Part shown: in pieces, positions 53,951 through 64,000 of the stretch
Numbering within the stretch: the first letter of the stretch is position 1
How the letters are laid out: each line of letters begins with the position of its first letter
DNA from: Eledone cirrhosa
Lineage: Eukaryota
Assembly (NCBI GenBank): GCA_964016885.1
Contig: CAXHJY010000856.1
Span: forward strand, 124,001 to 188,000
Reading direction: 5' to 3'
Length of the DNA stretch: 64,000 nt
Program-made: the position numbers and the translations under genes
The notes under the pieces: model-generated
What the model saw: the letters and a program-made list of their open reading frames with translations, nothing else
The model's database searches: none
What the model was told of the DNA's origin: nothing

Positions 53951-53982
<32 letters not shown>

Positions 53983-53993
53983 CATATATATAC

Positions 53994-54024
<31 letters not shown>

Positions 54025-54405
54025 CATATATATAAATATATATATATATACATATATATAAATATATATATATATACATACATACATATATATACATATA
54101 TATATATACATATATATATACATATATATATATACATATATATACATATATATATATACATATATACATATATATATATACATATATATACATATATATA
54201 TATACATATATAATACATATATATATATATACAAATATATATATATACATATATATAAATATATATATATACATATATACATATATATATATATACATAC
54301 ATATATATATACATATATACATATATATATATATACATACATATATATACATATATACATACATATATATATACATATATACATACATATATATATACAT
54401 ATATA

Positions 54406-54436
<31 letters not shown>

Positions 54437-55856
54437 ACATATATATACATATATATATACATATATATAACATATACACACATATATATACATATATATA
54501 TATACATATATATACATATACACACATATATATACATATATATATATACATATATACATATACATACACATGTATATACATATATATACACATATATATA
54601 TATACATATATATACACATATATATATACATATATATATATACATATATATATACATATACATACATATATATATATACACATATATATACATATACATA
54701 CATATATATATATACACATATATATACATACATATATATATATACACATATATATACATACATATATATATATACACATATATATACATACATATATATA
54801 TATACACATATATATACATACATATATATACATATATACACATACATATATATACATATATACATATATATACATATACATATATATACATATACATACA
54901 TATACATATACATACATATACATAGATATATACATATACACATATATATACATACATATATATACATATATACATATATATACATATACATATATATACA
55001 TATACATACATATACATAGATATATACATATATATATATATATACATATACATGTATATATATATATACATATATAAACATATATATACATATATATATA
55101 TATATATACATATATACATACATACATATATATATACATATATACATACATACATATACATGTATATATATATATACATATATAAACATATATATACATA
55201 TATATATATATATACATATATACATACATATATACATATACATACATATATATACATATATATACATACATATACATATACATATATATATACACATATT
55301 TATACATACATATACATATATATATACATATACATATTTATATATACACATATATATATCTATATATATACATACATATATATATACATATATATACATA
55401 CATATATATACACATATACATATATATACACATATGTATATACATATATATACACATGTATATACATATATATATCTACACATATATATATACATATATA
55501 TACACATATATATACACATATGTATATACATATATATACACATATGTATATACATATATATACACATATGTATATACATATATATACACATATGTATATA
55601 CATATATATACACATATGTATATACATATATATACACATGTATATACATATATATACACATGTATATACATATATATACACATATATATACACATATGTA
55701 TATACATATATATACACATATGTATATACATATATATACACATATGTATATACATATATATACACATATGTATATACATATATATACACATATGTATATA
55801 CATATATATACACATGTATATACATATATATACACATATGTATATACATATATATA

Positions 55857-55916
<60 letters not shown>

Positions 55917-56002
55917 TATACATATATATATATACATACATATATATATATCTATTACATATATATATATACATACATTTATAGACATATATATATATAT
56001 AC

Positions 56003-56033
<31 letters not shown>

Positions 56034-56309
56034 CACATATATATATACATATATATATACATATATATATATATACACATATATATATACACATATATAT
56101 ATATACATATATATATACACATATATATATATATACATATATATATACACATATATATATACACATATATATATATATACATATATATATACACATATAT
56201 ATATATATACATATATATATACACATATATATATATACATATATATATACACATATATATACACATATATAATACATATATATATATACATATACATATA
56301 TATATATAC

Positions 56310-56346
<37 letters not shown>

Positions 56347-56369
56347 CATATATATATACATATATATAC

Positions 56370-56402
<33 letters not shown>

Positions 56403-56489
56403 CATATATATACATATATATATACATATACATACATATATATATACATATATATACATATACATACATATATATATACATATATATAC

Positions 56490-56536
<47 letters not shown>

Positions 56537-56761
56537 TATATACATATACATATATATATATACATATATATATATACATATATATATATACATATATATA
56601 TATACATATATACATATATATATATACATATATATATATACATATATACATATATATATACATATATATATACATATATACATATATCGGCGATATACAT
56701 ATATATATATACATATATACATATATATATACATATATATATACATATATATATATACATA

Positions 56762-58491
56762 TATCGGCGATGTTACTCCCCATTACACCTTATCGGACAT
56801 AACGTTTGGCGCCCCTGATGTCTTGGCGGCAATAAAGGAAATCAAGCATAATTCAGCAGAAGGTCCCGATAGGTTCCCTGCTTGTGTCTTGAAGGCGTGT
56901 CAACACCAACTTGCTTCTCCTCTTGCCAATCTGTGGCGGAACTCACTGGATGCTGGATATGTGCCAGAAAACCTTCTATCCCAGTCTGTTGTCCCAGTTT
57001 TCAAAAAGGGAAACAAATCCCTTGCCGTGAATTACCGTCCAATCTCACTCACCTCTCATATCATTAAGGTATTTGAGCGAGTGGTGAGATCGCGAATGAC
57101 CCACTTCCTTGAGAGTAACAATATGCTGAACTCCAACCAGCATGGATTCCGTAATGGAAGGGATTGCCTGACGCAACTACTGCATCACTTTGATGACATT
57201 TTGAGAGCCTTGGGAGAGGGTTCCAACACTGATGTTATCTACCTTGATTTCAGCAAGGCCTTTGACAGGGTTGATCATAACATTCTACTGAGAAAGCTGT
57301 CCAATATTGGTGTCACTGGAAAGCTGCTGCAGTGGATCAAGAGCTTCCTGTCAAACAGAACCCAACATGTTGTAGTTGAGGGAGTCAAATCAAGCCCAGC
57401 CAAAGTCAGTAGTGGAGTCCCACAAGGCACTGTGTTGGGCCCACTTCTCTTCATCATCTATATTAATGACATCACTGACATCATCAAACACAGCAACATT
57501 AAAATTTTCGCTGATGATTCCAAGCTCCAAAAGGTCATCAATGGCGTGGATGACCGGATAAGCCTTCAGTCAGACCTACTGGCTGTTACCCCAATGGGCA
57601 GAAAAGAACAACATGTTACTGAACGAGGACAAATTCGAACTGATCCACTTTGGAAAAGAGGATGCTCTGAAACTCCCGTACTCCCTTCCCTCCGGGGAAA
57701 CTCTCGTGGCATCTAACAACATCAGAGACTTGGGAGTAACCGTGGACAGCAACATAAGCTGGACCACGCATATAAGCAGCAAAGTTGACATGGCCCGCAG
57801 AATGTGTTCCTGGATCCTCAGAACCTTCCAGTCGAGAGATTCCCGCACCATTATCCTTCTCTTCTCTACTTTTGCCCGACCACACCTTGAATACTGTTGT
57901 CCACTGTGGTCTCCCCACACGAAACAAAGTATCATGAAACTTGAAGCTCCTCAAAGGGCAATCACGAAAAAGATAGATGGCATGTCAGACCTTGACTACT
58001 GGGGTCGATTGGAAAACCTGAAACTTTACTCACTCCAACGTCGCCGTGAGCGTTATATTATCTGCATGATGTGGAAAATGTTCCATCATCACTGCCCAAA
58101 TGATGTTGGCATCGCCTTCAAGATACACCCAAGGCTTGGGCCCCGTGCTATCCGTCCCATTCAAAAATCTAAATCGCAACTCATAACAACAATACGGCAC
58201 AATTATTTCACCTCAATCGGCCCTGCTCTCTTCAACATCACACCAGGACACGTCAAAACAGAAACTGACCACACAAAATTCAAGAAGTCTTTGGACAAAT
58301 TCCTCCAAGTAATCCCGGACAAACCACCCACACCCGGATATGTCTCCGCAAACAGTAATTCTCTTCTCGAATGGGCCATGGTGCCCAAATCCTGAATTGA
58401 AAGACTTCGCCAGGTGGTGCTATTAAGTTAGACATGGCCTGGGCCAATACTGGCCAAAACATTTCAAAGTTATTCAAAGTTATTCAAAGTT
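56762..58491 (+). mobile_element. 5'-truncated CR1-group LINE (family B); RT with one frameshift near 57590
   Basis: [61 protein letters not shown]; tail of repeated (A)TTCAAAGTT. Confidence 0.95.
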
Positions 58492-58793
58492 ACATATATA
58501 TATATATATACATATTTATATACATATATATATATACATACATATCAATATATATATAAATATATATACATACATATAAATATATATATATACATATATA
58601 TACATATATATACATATATATACATACATATCAATATATATATAAATATATATACATACATATAAATATATATGTACATATATATACATACATCTAAATA
58701 TATATATATACATATATATACATACATATAAATATATATACGTGGGAAAGTAAAAAATCGGAGAATAGACCGTTAAAACATGTTTACTTAAAA

Positions 58794-58838
58794 TATCACC
58801 TACGTACGTTTCGGCCAGTTGGGCTTCTCAAGGGCATA
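58794..58838 (-). ncRNA. Variant hammerhead with U3-A8 core (family G) in an unclassified island at 58741-59155
   Basis: Minus strand: CC-UUGAGAA-GCCC-aacu-GGCC-GAAA-CGUACG-UA-GG; palindromic stem III, GUA triplet; stems I and II have mismatches. Confidence 0.5.
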
Positions 58839-59406
58839 AATAATCACAAGTGTTCCTTATATAGTTCGGAAAGAGTTTTGGGGGTTAAATCTATATCAAG
58901 ATTCATTGCTCGCAAAAATATCTTGTTTTGATTTTGCAGCAGGCTAAGGGAGGTAACTCTGGCCGGTGTTAGGGCAGTCTTTCCTGGATAATTTTTTTTT
59001 TTTTTTTTTTTGCCGCATCCGTTTGTCTGAGGCTGGGTCTGGTATGCAAGGATTGTTTTCTGGTTGTTATTTTGCTGCGCCTGCCCGCCGGGGTGTTAAG
59101 ACTTGTTGCAGGGAGATCCAGTGTACTATTTCACTCTTCATTCTTAACCCATCTATATACATATATATACATACATATAAATATATATATACATATATAT
59201 ACATACATATAAATATATATATACATATATATACATACATATAAATATATATATACATATATATACATAGATATAAATATATATTTACATATATACACAC
59301 ATATATATATACATATATATATATACATATATACACATATATATATATACATATATATACACAAATATATATACATATATACACATATATACATACATAT
59401 ATATAC

Positions 59407-59485
<79 letters not shown>

Positions 59486-60166
59486 CATATATATACATAT
59501 ATATATACACATATATATACATATAAATATACACATATATATATACATATATATATATATACATATATATACACATATATATATACACATATACATATAC
59601 ATATATATATACATATATATATACATATATATACACATATGCATACATATATATACACATATACATATACATACATATACATATACATATATATACACAT
59701 ATACATATATATATATACATATATATACACATATACATATATATATATACATCTATATATACATATATATACACATATACATATATATACATATATACAT
59801 ATACATATATATACACATATATATACATATATATACACATATACATATATACATATATACACATATATATACATATATATACACATATACATATATATAT
59901 ATATATACACACATATATATATATACATATATATACACACATATATATACATATATATATACACATATATATACATATATATATACACATATATATATAT
60001 ACATATATATATACACATATACATATATATATACATATATATACACATATACATATATATACATATATATATATATACATATATATGTATATAAATATAT
60101 ATATATATATATATATACATATATATGTATATACATATATATATATATATACATATATATACATAC

Positions 60167-60198
<32 letters not shown>

Positions 60199-60306
60199 AC
60201 ATACATATATATATATACATATATATATATACACATATATATATATATACACATATATATACATATATATATATATACACATATATATATACACATATAT
60301 ATATAC

Positions 60307-60347
<41 letters not shown>

Positions 60348-60354
60348 TATATAC

Positions 60355-60413
<59 letters not shown>

Positions 60414-60564
60414 TACATATATACATATATATATATACATATATATATATACATACATATATATATATACATATATATATATACATATATATATATACAT
60501 ATATATATATACATATATATATATACATACATATATATATATACATACATATATATATACATAC

Positions 60565-60611
<47 letters not shown>

Positions 60612-60706
60612 CATATATATATATACATACATATATACATACATATATATACATACATACATATATATATACATATATATACATACATATATATATAAAT
60701 ATATAT

Positions 60707-60755
<49 letters not shown>

Positions 60756-60976
60756 CATATATATATACATATATATATATACATATATATACATATACAG
60801 TTGTATACATACAGTTGTATACATATATATATATATATGCATATATATATATATACATATGTATACATATATACATATATATATATATACATATGTATAC
60901 ATATATATATATACATATATATATATATACATATATAAACATATATATATATACATATATACATATATATACATAC

Positions 60977-61014
<38 letters not shown>

Positions 61015-61064
61015 ACATATATATATATACATATATATACATATATATATATACATATATATAC

Positions 61065-61095
<31 letters not shown>

Positions 61096-61132
61096 CATAT
61101 ATATATATACACATATATACATATATATATAT

Positions 61133-61181
<49 letters not shown>

Positions 61182-61204
61182 TAGATATATATACATATAT
61201 ATAC

Positions 61205-61247
<43 letters not shown>

Positions 61248-61260
61248 TAGATATATATAC

Positions 61261-61313
<53 letters not shown>

Positions 61314-61336
61314 TAGATATATATACATATATATAC

Positions 61337-61367
<31 letters not shown>

Positions 61368-61396
61368 CATATATAGATATATATACATATATATAC

Positions 61397-61443
<47 letters not shown>

Positions 61444-61457
61444 TAGATATATATACA

Positions 61458-61501
<44 letters not shown>

Positions 61502-61640
61502 TAGATATATATACATATATATATATGTATATATACATATATAGATATATATACATATATATACATATATATATATATACATACATATATATATACATAT
61601 ACATACATATATATATATATATATATACATATATATATAC

Positions 61641-61693
<53 letters not shown>

Positions 61694-61730
61694 CATATAT
61701 ATATACATATATATATACATATATACATAC

Positions 61731-61775
<45 letters not shown>

Positions 61776-61874
61776 TATACATATATATATATATACATAT
61801 ATATACATATATATATATATATATACATATATATACATATATACATATATATACATATATATATATATATATAC

Positions 61875-61905
<31 letters not shown>

Positions 61906-61981
61906 CATATATATACATATACATATATATATACATATACATATACAGTTGTATACATATATATATATACATATATATATA

Positions 61982-62167
61982 TACAGTTGAAGGAAGACGT
62001 GGTAGAGGTAGACCACGAAAAACATGGGCGGACGTGGTGAGAACAGACCTCAGATCACGATGGAGATGACGAGGGACCGTGACGAGTGGAGAGATGCTGT
62101 GCTGAATAAGACCCATCCCACCCTTGCAAGCAGGGAAAAGCGGACGTAAAATGATGATGATGATGAT
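61982..62167 (+). mobile_element. Short RTE 3' fragment; tail matches the SINE at 47119
   Basis: [19 protein letters not shown]; CCCACCCTTGCAAGCAGGGAAAAGCGGACGTAAAA(TGA)n. Confidence 0.85.
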
Positions 62168-62514
62168 ATATATATATACATGGGTGTTAAACAATGATGA
62201 TGATGATGATGATGATATATATATATACATACATATATAATATATATACATATATATATACATACATATACATATATATACATACATACATATATATATA
62301 CATACATATATATATACATACATACATACATATATACACATACATACATATATACACATACATACATACACATATACACATACATACATATATACACATA
62401 TATACATACATATATATACATATATATACGTACATATACATATATATATATACATACATATACATATATACATACATATAAATATATACATACATATAAA
62501 TATATACATACATA

Positions 62515-62545
<31 letters not shown>

Positions 62546-63066
62546 CATATATATATACGTACACATACATATATATATATACATACACATACATATATAT
62601 ATATTCATACACATACATATATATACATACATATACATATATACATACATATACATATATATATATACATACATATACATACCTATACATATATACATAT
62701 ACATACCTATACATATATACATATATATATATACATACATACATACACATATATATATATATACATACATACATATACATATATACATACATATACATAT
62801 ATACATACATATACATATATACATACATATACATATATACATACATATACATATATATATATATATATACATACATATACATATATACATACATATACAT
62901 ACATACATATACATATATATATATATACATACATATACATATATATATATACATACATATACATATATATACATACATACATACATATATATATATACAT
63001 ATATATATTATATACATATATATACATATATTATATATATACATATACATATATTATATATATACA

Positions 63067-63100
<34 letters not shown>

Positions 63101-63105
63101 CATAC

Positions 63106-63136
<31 letters not shown>

Positions 63137-64000
63137 CATATATTATATATATACATATATATATATATTATATATATACATATATATATATTATATATAT
63201 ACATATATATATTATATATATATATATATTATATATATACATATATATATTATATATATACATATATATATATTATATATATACATATATATTATATATA
63301 TACATATATTATGTATATACATATATTATGTATATACATATATATATTATATATATACACATATATATTATATATATACACATATATATTATATATATAC
63401 ATATATTATATTATATATATACATATATAAATTATATATATACATATATAAATTATATATACATATATAAATTATATATATACATATATTATATATACAT
63501 ATATTATATATACATATATTATATATATACATATATTGTATAAATACATATATATATTATATATATACATATATATATTATATATATACATATATATATT
63601 ATATATATACATATATATATTATATATATACATATATATTATATATATACATATATATTATATATATACATATATTATATATATACATATATATATTATA
63701 TATATACATATATATATTATATATATACATATATTATATATATACATATATATATTATATATATACATATATATATTATATATATACATATATATATTAT
63801 ATATATACATATATATATTATATATATACATATATATATTATATATATACATATATATATTATATATATACATATATATATTATATATATGCATATATTA
63901 TATATATACATTTATATATTATATATATACATATATTATATATATACACTTATATATTATATATATACATATATTTATATACATATATTATATATATACA

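Overview
Extremely AT-rich eukaryotic DNA, most likely intronic sequence from an octopus or other coleoid genome (inferred from the repeat families). Most of the window is degenerate (AT)n/ATAC microsatellite; the long Y/I/H/M/C-rich ORFs in the track are artefacts of it. One probable host exon lies on the minus strand (1950-2999, 1050 nt, phase 1-1). Islands in the microsatellite are retroelement remnants: RTE LINEs with an internal PHD finger, CR1-group LINEs, tRNA-derived SINEs and many Penelope-like element (PLE) pieces. The main hidden structure is a set of fold-back palindromes (56 bp to about 3.8 kb). They carry minimal type-I hammerhead ribozyme motifs from at least six sequence-unrelated families, several with self-complementary stem III. 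The set includes a 500-bp hairpin with a hammerhead exactly at its apex, two diverged copies of one family that fold back at the same site, and a start-less 227-codon Naiad-type GIY-YIG frame missed by the ORF track. All RNA folds were done by eye; no ribozyme activity is demonstrated.
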